A stretch of 64,000 nucleotides of DNA from Octopus bimaculoides (Eukaryota), in contig NC_068992.1 in the NCBI RefSeq assembly GCF_001194135.2, positions 331,357 through 395,356 of the forward strand, in the 5' to 3' direction. Positions 1 through 64,000 of this stretch are shown here, piece after piece. Made by a program: the position numbers and the translations under genes. The notes below the pieces were generated by a model that had not been told where the DNA came from, did no database searches, and saw only the letters and a list, made by a program, of their open reading frames with translations. The stretch's first letter is position 1. Every line of letters starts with the position of its first letter.

Positions 1-1269
1 CTTCACACTAACTTTGTTTAGTTACTATTCTCAGTGGGTGTCTCCTTTCTTGAAACTAAGCCTTACTTTAGCATTGCAAAAAAGATACCCAAATGCTACT
101 CATCTGTTTAAAACTTCAATAGTTAATCTCTTTCTGTCTGTCTGTCTCTCTCTCTCTCTCACTTTCTCTCTCTTTTCATACCTTCAGTTCAAACTGATGC
201 TTTTCTAACTGCAGTCAGGCAGCACTGGCAATGGCCACACTTGAATGGTGCTTTTTACGTGCCACCACCATGGGAGCTGCGGATGTTAAATGATGATGGT
301 GGTGGTATTGATACTGCTTTTGCAGCTGTTATTTTGTAATAATCCCACTGGCTATTTGCAATGCCAGTGCCTGATTAGGCACTGAAATTTTATGTATAAT
401 GCTAGCAGAGAAATTGTTGCTATCTCCAGCTTCCAGGTGTCTACCATTGACAAGGTCAAGGAAGGCTGAAATCACATGATCTGGTAGTCCCAGTGGCAAT
501 GGCAGAAAATTATCTCCTGCTAGCCATATAAACTCGAGTACCTATATGCACCATAAATCTATATGAGAAGTTCTCTCATGATAATTATAACAGTATCCTG
601 TGTTCTAACACAATATCCACTTTTAAATGGGGATAAATATTACCTTTTGGTATTAATACTGCTTGTGTCTGTATTAAATATTTTCTCAAGTTTCCTTTTG
701 AGTTTACATATCGAGATATGATATTTATAATTCTGTTTTCAAAATATATTATGTTTCAAATATTTCTAAAACAAAATAAGTATGAATCGATTTTCAAAAT
801 TTATTAACCTTCAACGTTTAAAGTTATATCGGAGTAGTTTCCCTTCGCTGATGATCTTTCTATTCTGGTATATTCAAGTTAGTATTTCCTTTCTCTTCTA
901 AGTCCAGCCTGTGTCAGTATGGAAAGTGGACATTAACCTATAAAGTGCTGGGATTTGCACTTTCATAGCATGGACTGCTGAGTACATTTTATGAAAATGA
1001 GACAACTATGCACATATAAAAAATAAAAAATAGTTAAAATATCTCCTTAGTATATAATGGTGGCAAGTTTTATATCATCTGAAAAGTTGTTAGTTGAACT
1101 ATTAGTCCTCTTGCATTCTGGGGGATATCAGAGCATTTGAGTGACATTAGACCCCAACAAACGCCCATAAATTAAATGCACCTATCTGGGCCATATTTGT
1201 GGCCTGTTGACCTGTGCCTGACAACCACGTTCATGGTCTGTTGACCTGTGCCTGACAGCCACGATCGTG

Positions 1270-1605
1270 TCCCGTCGCACTTTATGTGTTAAAGTATGAT
1301 GAAGCTTTTCCTTTATCTGCTACATTCCTCCATTTTAAAGATGGTGGTGTGAAATTTAAAGGGGATTTGGTTTAAATTTGTTTCCCAAGCCTTGCACCAA
1401 TCACTTAGCTGAATATTTCTTTCCCAGAACATCCGCCTTCTGGAATTCTTTTCACCATACAGACACTGGCATAATGATTCTTCATAATGAAAACGAACCC
1501 CATCAACATGATCACTTCCAGGAGGTAGGAGCTGTAAGATCATAGCAATGTTCCTTCCATAAATTACAACAAACAAAAAAAAATTAAAAAAAAAAAAAAA
1601 AATGA
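1270..1605 (+). mobile_element. CR1/Jockey-type LINE 3' remnant with A-rich tail
   Basis: Plus frame CTNHLAEYFFPRTSAFWNSF (compare NSFFPRT..LWNSLP); poly-A at 1570-1602. Confidence 0.5.
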
Positions 1606-2115
1606 AAGAGTGATAGCTCCTTGCTGTTGTCATTAAAGGATGTATTTAAAAATTTACCAGAAGTGAATTCAGGCCTTTTCTCCTACCAGTTTCAAATTAT
1701 CACCAGTGCACCACAACCATGGAAGGCCGTTAACAAATTGCATGAGAAGGATTTTGAGTTAGGAATCTACAAAGCACCACTCTGTAGCAGAACAGTGCTT
1801 TTCACCAGAGTGAACTGGAACAATGTGAAGTGTCTTGCTCAAGAGTTTAATGTTATCCAGTCTGGAGATTAAACCCGTGGGTCAACAGCCTAAACACTAA
1901 ACCATGCTACTGGAATAGGCAAGAGGAAAGCTTCTAGTATTAACTTTATGGATCCTGAAATTGTCAGGATCGTCATGAGAAGGATCTTCTAATGACTTCA
2001 ACAGTATAGAATTATATTATTTACATTAGACGGATATTTGTGCTCATCTTGTTTGTCCGTTAAATGTAAATAATGTACATAATTCCTCATCTCTTAAATA
2101 TAGAACAGTATAGAA

Positions 2116-2340
2116 TTAACCCTCTGATATTCAGATTACTCTGTCAAATGTAATACTTGTTTATTCACATTGTTTTCAATTGATCATGTAATATTTTGTA
2201 GATTTGAGATTTCAATGATGTGATTGTTTATTTTTAAAATGACATTGTTGGGTAGGTGTGAGAGGTCAAATCTGGCTGGTTTTAACATAAAAAAGGTAGA
2301 ATATTTAGGCCAGATATGGCTGGTTTAAAGGTGAAGGGTA
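2116..2340. mobile_element. Second TTAA/CCCT-terminated MITE family; pieces at 3620-3785, 51360-51610, 58190-58285
   Basis: ttaaccct..cattcagattactctgtcaaatgtaat..gtgtgagagg..atctggc..gtttaa recurs at these loci. Confidence 0.55.
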
Positions 2341-2449
2341 TGGATAAGAAACCAAAAGCTAGGAGTAACATTGTGGTGATGGAGAATATATCTCGGCTCT
2401 GACGTATCTAGGGGATACCCTTGTGAGCATCTCTACACTCTGATCATCA

Positions 2450-2960
2450 TCATTCATCATCCTCGTTTAATGTCCGTTTTCAATGTTGACATGGGTTGGA
2501 CAGTTTGATTGGGGACTGGCAAGCCAGGAGGCCTCACCAGGCTCCAATCTGATCTGGCAAGGTTTCTACAGCTGGATGCCCTTCCTGACGCCAACCACTC
2601 CGAGAGTGTAGTGGGTCTTTTTATGTGCCACCAGCATGGGAACCAGTCAGGCAGAACTGGTATCAGCCACGTTCGGATGGTGCTTTTTATGTGCTACTGG
2701 CACAGGAGCCAGTTGGGGTGGGGAGTTGGCATCAGCCACTTTCGGATGGTGCTTTTTATGTGCTATTGACACAGGAGCCAGTCAGAGTGGGGAGTTGGCA
2801 TTGACCACGTTTAGATGGTGCTTTTTACGTGCCACTGGCATGGGGAGCGAGTCAGGTGGAACTGGCAATGACCCACACATGAATGGTGCTTATTGCGTGC
2901 CACCAGCACGAGAGCCAGTCAGGTGGCACTGGCATCGGCCACAACTACAATTTCCATTTG
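2450..2960 (-). mobile_element. RTE 3'-UTR-only copy with expanded internal ~60-bp repeats; further copies at about 3300-3570(+), 5470-5760(-), 10235-10322(-), 10725-10995(+), 12545-12700(-), 15145-15315(+), 16245-16510(+), 39165-39480(-), 42730-43100(-)
   Basis: Shared core gtttaacgtccgctttccatgctagcatgggttggac..gctggatgcccttcctaacgccaaccactc with a (CAT)n end. Confidence 0.8.
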
Positions 2961-5809
2961 ATTGTGATTTGATTTTGATTTTGATTTTACTTGACTCAAT
3001 AGGTCTCCCTAAAATATTTTTTTTTGCCTAGGTAGGTACGTCAGAGGTGAAGGAGTTATCAAGTAAATCGGTTTACAATATTACAAAGCAAAATAAAGTG
3101 ATGCCCTGGCAGAATCGTTAGCATCCGAGACAAGATGTTTCATGTCATTCTGTCAGTCTTACATTCTGAGTTCAAATTCAAATGAGTTCAACTTTACCTT
3201 TCATCCTTTCAGAGGTCAATAGAATAAGCACCAGTTGAGTACTGGGGGCCGATGTAAATCGACTTTCTCCCTCCCCCAAAATTGCTGGTCTTCTGCTGAC
3301 CCATCCTTCTGGTGGAGTAAAACACTTGTGGTTGTGCCACGTGAAAGTGCCCATGTGGTGCCATCTAAAAGCACTCGTATTGTGCCATGTAAAAGTGCCT
3401 GTGTGACATGTAAAAGTACACATGTGGGCACGCGTGGTGCCGCATAAAAGTGCCTGTGCAGGGCCATGTAAAAGCACCCAGCACATTCTGTAAAGTGGTT
3501 GGCATTAGGAAGGGCATCCAGTCATAGAAACCATGCCAAAAGAGACAATTGGAGTCTGGTGCTGCCTTCCTGTGTGTTTATTGAAAGGCAAAATTAATGA
3601 TGTTCAATGTTTTTATCCCTTTAGTTTCCATCAAATGTAATGTTTATTTATTCACATTGTTTTGAGTTAATCGTGCATTTTCTCATAATCTTGATATCAC
3701 AATTATGTGATTGTTTATTTTTAGAATGACATGGTAGAGTGGGTGTGAGAGGCCAGATCTGACCAGTTTTAACCTTTAGCACACTGAATTTTCTCTAGAA
3801 TTGTTTCCCCTGCCATTGCCCTGTTACTACAAGGGAGAAAACTCTTATGGTGACATGATGTACCTACAGTGTGCTGAAGGTTAACATAAAACTAGTTAAA
3901 CATTTAGGCTGGATGTGGCAGAGTAATCTGATCCTTTGTTATGGGGTGCCTACCCCACCCCCAAATTACCTAGGGTCTAACTTTTTCTTGTTGAAATTTT
4001 GATGAATAATGTTTTTTTGTTTGCTATGTCTTATTTTTGTTGACTTCTGTTTGCTTGATGTAAGCTCCTCTTTCATATAGTGTATTTCATCTCCTGTACT
4101 GTCTGCAATGTCTCGGGTCCTTGTGGCTAAAAAAAGAGCCCCACTGCTCCCCCCCTCCTCCTCACCATCACCACCACCATTACTAAGTTGTTGGATATAC
4201 AGAATCCTTATGGCCTCGCAGTATTTACTCTGGTTCTTTGCAACCTTACTGAGGTCAGCTTTGCCTTTCGTCTCTCCAGGACCGATAAAATAAAACACCA
4301 GGAAAGTGCTGTGGTCAATAATATTGATTAGCACCTCTCCAAACCCATTATTAATATTAGAAAGTTGGTGAATAACAGATTTGGTGAGTGCAGCAGACAA
4401 AATGACTTCTGGTATTTAGTTACCGTCTCTTTACATTCTAAGTTTGACTGAGTGATTAACTGTCTAAAATTACATTTCAGATTTACATGGGAAAGGTCAT
4501 CCAAGTTCAATATATTTATCCGGTGATTTATAATACAGCTTATTTCCAATATCTTGTGTATAATTTCACAGTTGTTATACAAATATTACATTGTTTTGTC
4601 TGTTGAAATCCTGGCGTAGCTTGTACAGACATGAATTTGATATGAGTGGCCTTCTGAAATATTTCTAAAAATAAAACTTAATAATACTTTATACATTCTT
4701 TCTGAAGGATTTAGATCAGTGTCGTGTTTCTGAATATTTAAATGAATGAAATTTTAGTGCACGTATGTGTGTGTGTGCGTGTGTGTGTACGTGTGCGTGT
4801 GTGTGTGTATGTATAAGCTTACTTAGAAATGGATGTGTTGCATTCAGTTAAATAATAAATAATATATAATATATATATATATATATATANNNNNNNNNNN
4901 NNNNNNNNNNNNNNNNNNNNNNNNNNNNNNNNNNNNNNNNNNNNNNNNNNNNNNNNNNNNNNNNNNNNNNNNNNNNNNNNNNNNNNNNNNNNNNNNNNNN
5001 NNNNNNNNNNNNNNNNNNNNNNNNNNNNNNNNNNNNNNNNNNNNNNNNNNNNNNNNNNNNNNNNNNNNNNNNNNNNNNNNNNNNNNNNNNNNNNNNNNNN
5101 NNNNNNNNNNNNNNNNNNNNNNNNNNNNNNNNNNNNNNNNNNNNNNNNNNNNNNNNNNNNNNNNNNNNNNNNNNNNNNNNNNNNNNNNNNNNNNNNNNNN
5201 NNNNNNNNNNNNNNNNNNNNNNNNNNNNNNNNNNNNNNNNNNNNNNNNNNNNNNNNNNNNNNNNNNNNNNNNNNNNNNNNNNNNNNNNNNNNNNNNNNNN
5301 NNNNNNNNNNNNNNNNNNNNNNNNNNNNNNNNNNNNNNNNNNNNNNNNNNNNNNNNNNNNNNNNNNNNNNNNNNNNNNNNNNNNNNNNNNNNNNNNNNNN
5401 NNNNNNNNNNNNNNNNNNNNNNNNNNNNNNNNNNNNNNNNNNNNNNNNTATATATATATATGTATATATATGTATCATCATCATCAACATTTAGCATCCA
5501 TCTTCCATTCATGCATGGATAGGACGGTTGACAGGAGCCGGCCAAGTAGATAAAAACTACCCAAGGTTACTGTGTCTGTTTTGGCAGGGTGTCCTTCCTA
5601 ACGCCAATCACTCCACAGAGTGGACTCGGTGCTCTTTATGTGGCACTAGCACAAGTGAGGTTAGTCTTGGCATGATTTTGGCCTTTCCAAACGTCAACCA
5701 CGTACAGTGTGGACTGGATGTTTCTAATGTGGCACCAACACTCGTAGGGTAACCAAGTAAGTCACAAGATTAGGAATTATGAGAGGGGCAAGGCGTTTGA
5801 GGAGGGGAA

Positions 5810-6210
5810 CTTGTATCAAAGGATGAAAGTGAATTACTCCTTTGCAATCCAACCAGATAAAGAGAAGAACCTTTTTCCTCTAAAGTTCCCTTCTCGGTTG
5901 TGGTTGAGCTTTTTTCCTTTTACCAAGCCACTGTTTACAATATTTAACATTTTGTTAGAAGATCCATTTTTCGTCAGAAGTCTATCTAAAAAGGGTGAAA
6001 TGAGTTTGTAAAAATGGAGAGAAATGAAGAGAAGAGCAGATGTCAACTTGGGATTTGCGGTTGCTTTCGGACAATTCATGAGGCACCCATTTTCCAAGTT
6101 TAGGAACTTTTCTGAGTTGTTGAAGATGACGATGAACAGTTGTATGGTTTGAACTAAGCTTTATTGCCAATTCTTCAACTGATAATGTAGGATTTTCTTC
6201 AAGTAATGCC
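5810..6210 (-). mobile_element. Mariner transposase pseudogene fragment, runs into the gap
   Basis: ..LGKWVPHELSE.. (WVPHEL motif); frameshifted TxDEKWI and KKVLLSIWLDCKGVIHF downstream. Confidence 0.88.
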
Positions 6211-7323
6211 NNNNNNNNNNNNNNNNNNNNNNNNNNNNNNNNNNNNNNNNNNNNNNNNNNNNNNNNNNNNNNNNNNNNNNNNNNNNNNNNNNNNNNNNNN
6301 NNNNNNNNNNNNNNNNNNNNNNNNNNNNNNNNNNNNNNNNNNNNNNNNNNNNNNNNNNNNNNNNNNNNNNNNNNNNNNNNNNNNNNNNNNNNNNNNNNNN
6401 NNNNNNNNNNNNNNNNNNNNNNNNNNNNNNNNNNNNNNNNNNNNNNNNNNNNNNNNNNNNNNNNNNNNNNNNNNNNNNNNNNNNNNNNNNNNNNNNNNNN
6501 NNNNNNNNNNNNNNNNNNNNNNNNNNNNNNNNNNNNNNNNNNNNNNNNNNNNNNNNNNNNNNNNNNNNNNNNNNNNNNNNNNNNNNNNNNNNNNNNNNNN
6601 NNNNNNNNNNNNNNNNNNNNNNNNNNNNNNNNNNNNNNNNNNNNNNNNNNNNNNNNNNNNNNNNNNNNNNNNNNNNNNNNNNNNNNNNNNNNNNNNNNNN
6701 NNNNNNNNNNNNNNNNNNNNNNNNNNNNNNNNNNNNNNNNNNNNNNNNNNNNNNNNNNNNNNNNNNNNNNNNNNNNNNNNNNNNNNNNNNNNNNNNNNNN
6801 NNNNNNNNNNNNNNNNNNNNNNNNNNNNNNNNNNNNNNNNNNNNNNNNNNNNNNNNNNNNNNNNNNNNNNNNNNNNNNNNNNNNNNNNNNNNNNNNNNNN
6901 NNNNNNNNNNNNNNNNNNNNNNNNNNNNNNNNNNNNNNNNNNNNNNNNNNNNNNNNNNNNNNNNNNNNNNNNNNNNNNNNNNNNNNNNNNNNNNNNNNNN
7001 NNNNNNNNNNNNNNNNNNNNNNNNNNNNNNNNNNNNNNNNNNNNNNNNNNNNNNNNNNNNNNNNNNNNNNNNNNNNNNNNNNNNNNNNNNNNNNNNNNNN
7101 NNNNNNNNNNNATATATATATATATATATATATATATAAAGGCCTAATGGAAAAGCGGATGTAAAAATGAATAAAGCAAATGAGAGAGAGAGAGAGAGAG
7201 AGAGACTTAGAGAGAGAGAGAGAGAGTTCCTGGATTGCAGAAGCTGTCCTCATCATTCATAACTTTGTTGGAATGCTCAAGTTTCACCCAACCAAGCTTT
7301 CTGCTTTAAGAGAGGGAAATTCA

Positions 7324-7357
<34 letters not shown>

Positions 7358-7551
7358 TGTCTTTACTGACAGGAAAAAATCAAAGCCATGTTTCAATTGA
7401 CCACGGACACAACCAGTGGTGGCAGGTGAAGGTGAAATACTGATATAATTACCGTTGCTGCTGCTGTTGTTGTTGTTGTTGTTGTGTATGAAAAAGAAAA
7501 TCATTAGATTGAGCAGTCAAGTCAGAACACCTGTTGTTCATCTTTTAAACG

Positions 7552-60522
<52,971 letters not shown>

Positions 60523-60559
60523 GTAAGTGGAACCAAAATGGATATTTATTTTCAGTGGA

Positions 60560-61010
60560 TGGAGAAGGTTTTTACTAATGTTGATTGCATTCTAGAATGG
60601 TCAGACATCCTTTTATTCTTTGTTCTCAGGGAAATGATTTTCATTCTATGAATCAATCTCTTTTAAGTCATTAACAAAGTACAGCTGCAGAAAAGAAGAC
60701 CCTTCATTGGGAAGAGTTGAAGGAAATCAGTTTTGGGGCAGATTTTTCCTTTAACTTTTAAAGTTGGTAGGAATTCCTCTTCTCTGAAGATGTTGGTCTC
60801 AAAAGAAGCCATTTGGAAAGCAATTATATTTTCTGATATTCTTCAAAAGATGTATGAATTTCTCTGCTGCAGCAGTTAGAAGCTGTTTTAGAGGCTTCGG
60901 AAGATCAACAATGACTGTTAGATTAAATTTTTTAGTGGAATAGCACATTTTGTTTGTCTCTTGTTTCCATTTATTGTCTAAACATTTGTCATATCTTTTG
61001 GACATGGTAC
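60560..61010 (-). mobile_element. Helitron Rep/helicase pseudogene fragment
   Basis: MCYSTKKFNL..LPKPLKQLLT..HLLKNIRKYNCF, then frameshifted QMASFETNIFREEEFLPTLKVKGKI and SFLQLYF (compare HFL.NIRKYNS.FQMTSFG..FMPTFKVQGQ..FLQIYF). Confidence 0.65.
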
Positions 61011-61955
61011 CAATTGAAACTATTTTTTCAGAAGCATGGTCGTGTACAGGATTATAGTTGAAGGTACCTCTTTTCTACAACTTAAGGTGTGTGTGTGGCC
61101 AGAATTTTGTCTCTGCTTGTGTTGTTCTTTGTGCTTTCTATCTGGTTCTCTTGTGGGGTCTCATGGTATTTATGTGCAACCTGTCTGAAAGCAATGGTTT
61201 GAAGGTGAACTTGTTGTTCATCAGGCACCTCCAAGGACAGCCAGACTGGTTGCATTCTGTTTACAGTAAGTGACACACTCTCTACCAATCTTTAATTTCT
61301 TGTGAGCAGCATTTGCTTACAGTTTTTGCTAATGCTGTTAATTTGTTGCCCTCAATACCCCCTTGCATCTGATAGTGGAAGACATAGGTGGGACACATTT
61401 TTCCTGTGCTACTATTGATGGAAGCAAATTATTAAAAGAGCAATTGTGTGTGTCTCTGTTCCTGTTATATCAGGAAAGGAAAACATTTTTATGGAGAAGA
61501 AAAAAGAAAAAAGAAAACATTGAAGAGTCTACACAAACATTAATGTTGTAGAATGAAATTATCACTGTCTGCTGCTGACCTGTGGCTATTAATTTAAAGA
61601 GAAATTGTAAAAATGTGATTTCAAGAAATGTAAGACATAAATAATTTGAGTGACAGAATGTATGGAAATGTAAACAAAGTGTTTTTGTGATATTTCTTTA
61701 AATAAAATAACTTTTGATGTCAAACCTCTGAAGACAATGGCAAGTTTTTATGAGGAACTGTTGAGAAGGGAGAGGGAGAAATGATGAAAGTAAAGTTGTT
61801 AGGGAAAGAGGGAAAAGTAAGAAGAGAAACGGATAAAGTCTAGCTACAAGAAAACTGTTTGCCTCTTCCCCATTCTCTGCTCCTTTTTGCTGTGCATTAT
61901 TTCTTTTTCCTGCTTTTGTTCCTTGTGCTTCAGATGTTGGAAAATTTTGATGAGG

Positions 61956-61995
<40 letters not shown>

Positions 61996-62439
61996 GAATA
62001 TAAATGAATGAGAAAGCAGAATGGGAGGAGAAGAGAAACATAGAAAGTCTAAAGAGTGGCAGCAGTGGATGAACAAATGGTTGTTACATAAAAATGAGAG
62101 GTTGGGAGGGGAATTGGACACCACACACACACACACACACAGACAGACAATCTCTTATATATATTGTGTATGTGGTTAAGAGGTTTGCTTTCCAGTCATA
62201 TCGTTTTGCGTTCAAATCCCACTGCATGGTACCTTGAGCAAGTGCCTTCTACATATTATTGTACATGAATAGCATTATTTCCAATAATCTGTTAAAACAT
62301 ATCTGGCCATGGTGAAATATTACCTTGCTTGGAAACAGGTAAAGATTGGTAACAGGAAGGACATCCAGCTGTAGAAAGTCTGCTTCGATAAATTCCATGG
62401 AAAAGTGGATGCTAAAATAATGATGTTATATAAACATGC

Positions 62440-63180
62440 ATGTCATCATCATCATCATCATCTTTATTTAACATCTGTTTTCCCTGCTGGTGTGGCTTGG
62501 ATGGTTTGACCAGAGCTGGTAAGGCCACGGGCCTCACCAGGCTCCATTGTCTGTCCTGGCATGGTTTCTACAGATGGATACCCTTCCAAATGCCAACCAC
62601 TCCACAGAGTGTACTGGGAACTTTTTATGTGGCACCATCACCAGTGCTTTTAATGTGGCACCAGCACGAGTACAGTTTATGTGGCACCAGCACGAGTACA
62701 GTTTATGTGGCACCAGCACTGGTATCAATTCTGCTGGGGTGGACAGGTCTTCTTGTGTACAACAATGCGCCAAATATCTCGGTCCTTAGTCACCTCTTTC
62801 GTAAGGCTCAATGTCTTGAGACTGGCCTTCAGTACTTTGTCCCATGTCTTCCTGGGTCTCCCTCTTCCACAAATTCCAACCATTTTAAGTGATTGGCACT
62901 TCTCTATGCAACTGTTCTCATTCATACACACCACATGACCAAAACAGCGCAGTTTTCTCTCTTGCACACTGCATCTACATAATTCCTCTTATGGCCAGCT
63001 TTTCCCTCAATATTCTAGCACTTTGTTGCACATGCACAATGACATTGCATATCCAGCGAAGCAGACTAGCTTCATTCCTCTCAAGCATATGCATATCTTC
63101 TGCATTCAGGGCCCACATCTTACCTACCATGTTGCACTGCTGATCATATACATGCATCATACAATCTTCCCTTCCTTTCA
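62440..63180 (-). mobile_element. RTE-clade LINE 3' end: RT C-terminus plus repeat-containing 3' UTR and (GAT)n tail
   Basis: LERNEASLLRWIC, RKLRCFGHVV, GRGRPRKTWDKVLK..DRDIWR, then directly the abundant ggagtggttggc..ggaagggcatcc..gatgatgatg repeat. Confidence 0.88.
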
Positions 63181-64000
63181 TTCGGAGAGAGAGATCTTTT
63201 GAGCTAGGCTATAATAGAAGACACTTGCCCAAGGTGCCATGCAGTGGGACTGAACCCAGAACGATGTGGTTGGGAAGTAAGCTTCTTACCACACAGTTAT
63301 GCCTGCTCCTGTGTATCTGTTAGAAAGGGACATTACAAAAGCCCCTCTGTATGAACTAAGTCTGTCTCCTTCCATATTGGTTGAAATTGATATTTAAACC
63401 TTTATTCTATGGAAGTAGTTTAATTTAAATATTTGTTGTTTTAGTTTTAAAATACACTAAAATGACTTATATACCGAAAGAAGACTTACCAATTTATTAC
63501 ACTGTAGCTTGTCCTTGTGAGAAAGTTCTTACAACCATACAAAAACAAAACAATTTTGAATAAAACATTATCTGTCAAAATGAACACATTTGGAATATTA
63601 TTTTGTATCGATTTATAATTGATACAATGAAAGAAAGAAAGATATTATTGTGCTTATTAAGAAGGTGGCAATAATATTAAGAATGTGAATTTACATCTCA
63701 CTTTAATGATCTAATGGTTGAATTTGTTTTCTAAAAAAAAAAATAAAGAAGATAAACCTTGTAATTGTAGACTTATTGAAATGTATAGAAAATATTTATA
63801 AAATAAAAGATGAACTGCAAACTTGCTGACACCTTCATATGAATATTTGATAAATCTATGTCCATGTTAAAGAATATGTATTGTTTATTGTGTGTGAATT
63901 TATAGACTAAGATAATTATATAGGTAAATGTCAGGTTGACTTGAATTTATGGGAGATTGTGGCAGTCGCTTATGAGCATATATATGTAGAGATATATGTA

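Noticed and set aside
1313-1633. 106-aa minus-strand ORF as a neighbouring gene exon
   Set aside because: The opposite strand reads as a CR1/Jockey LINE end (FFPRTSAFWNSF) with an A-rich tail; the ORF is its antisense.
3966-4400. 144-aa minus-strand ORF
   Set aside because: The middle is a decayed SINE-B (tttatcggtcctggagagacgaaaggcaaagctgacctc) plus a GGT tract; no recognisable domain.

Overview
AT-rich, microsatellite-dense animal genomic DNA with nine assembly gaps. The repeat complement suggests a coleoid cephalopod, most likely Octopus (inference, not verified by search). One protein-coding gene spans the window on the + strand: a nephrocystin-4 (NPHP4) orthologue. I traced 21 GT-AG exons from ATG 7552 to 60522 in one continuous frame (3420 visible coding nt). 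The 5' part of exon 2 is hidden in the gap at 12704-13317, and the C-terminal part of the gene lies beyond the window. The introns hold two abundant tRNA-type SINE families, 5'-truncated RTE LINE ends, CR1/Jockey and R4/Dong-like LINE ends, mariner, DD37D and Helitron remnants, TTAA-flanked MITEs and decayed Penelope-like elements. The most notable signals: (i) two unrelated minimal type I hammerhead ribozyme families; the three copies retaining the full core are all antisense to NPHP4, one of them is inverted at the predicted cleavage site, and the one sense copy has lost its core; (ii) an 18-nt tandem repeat that multiplies the exon 9 splice donor and carries an in-frame stop; (iii) RFX X-boxes in introns of this ciliary gene; (iv) a five-fold STAT/ETS motif cluster; (v) an interstitial (TTAGGG)7 array. 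Protein family assignments come from recalled motifs, not database searches. Almost all ORFs in the supplied track are microsatellite, repeat or gap artefacts.
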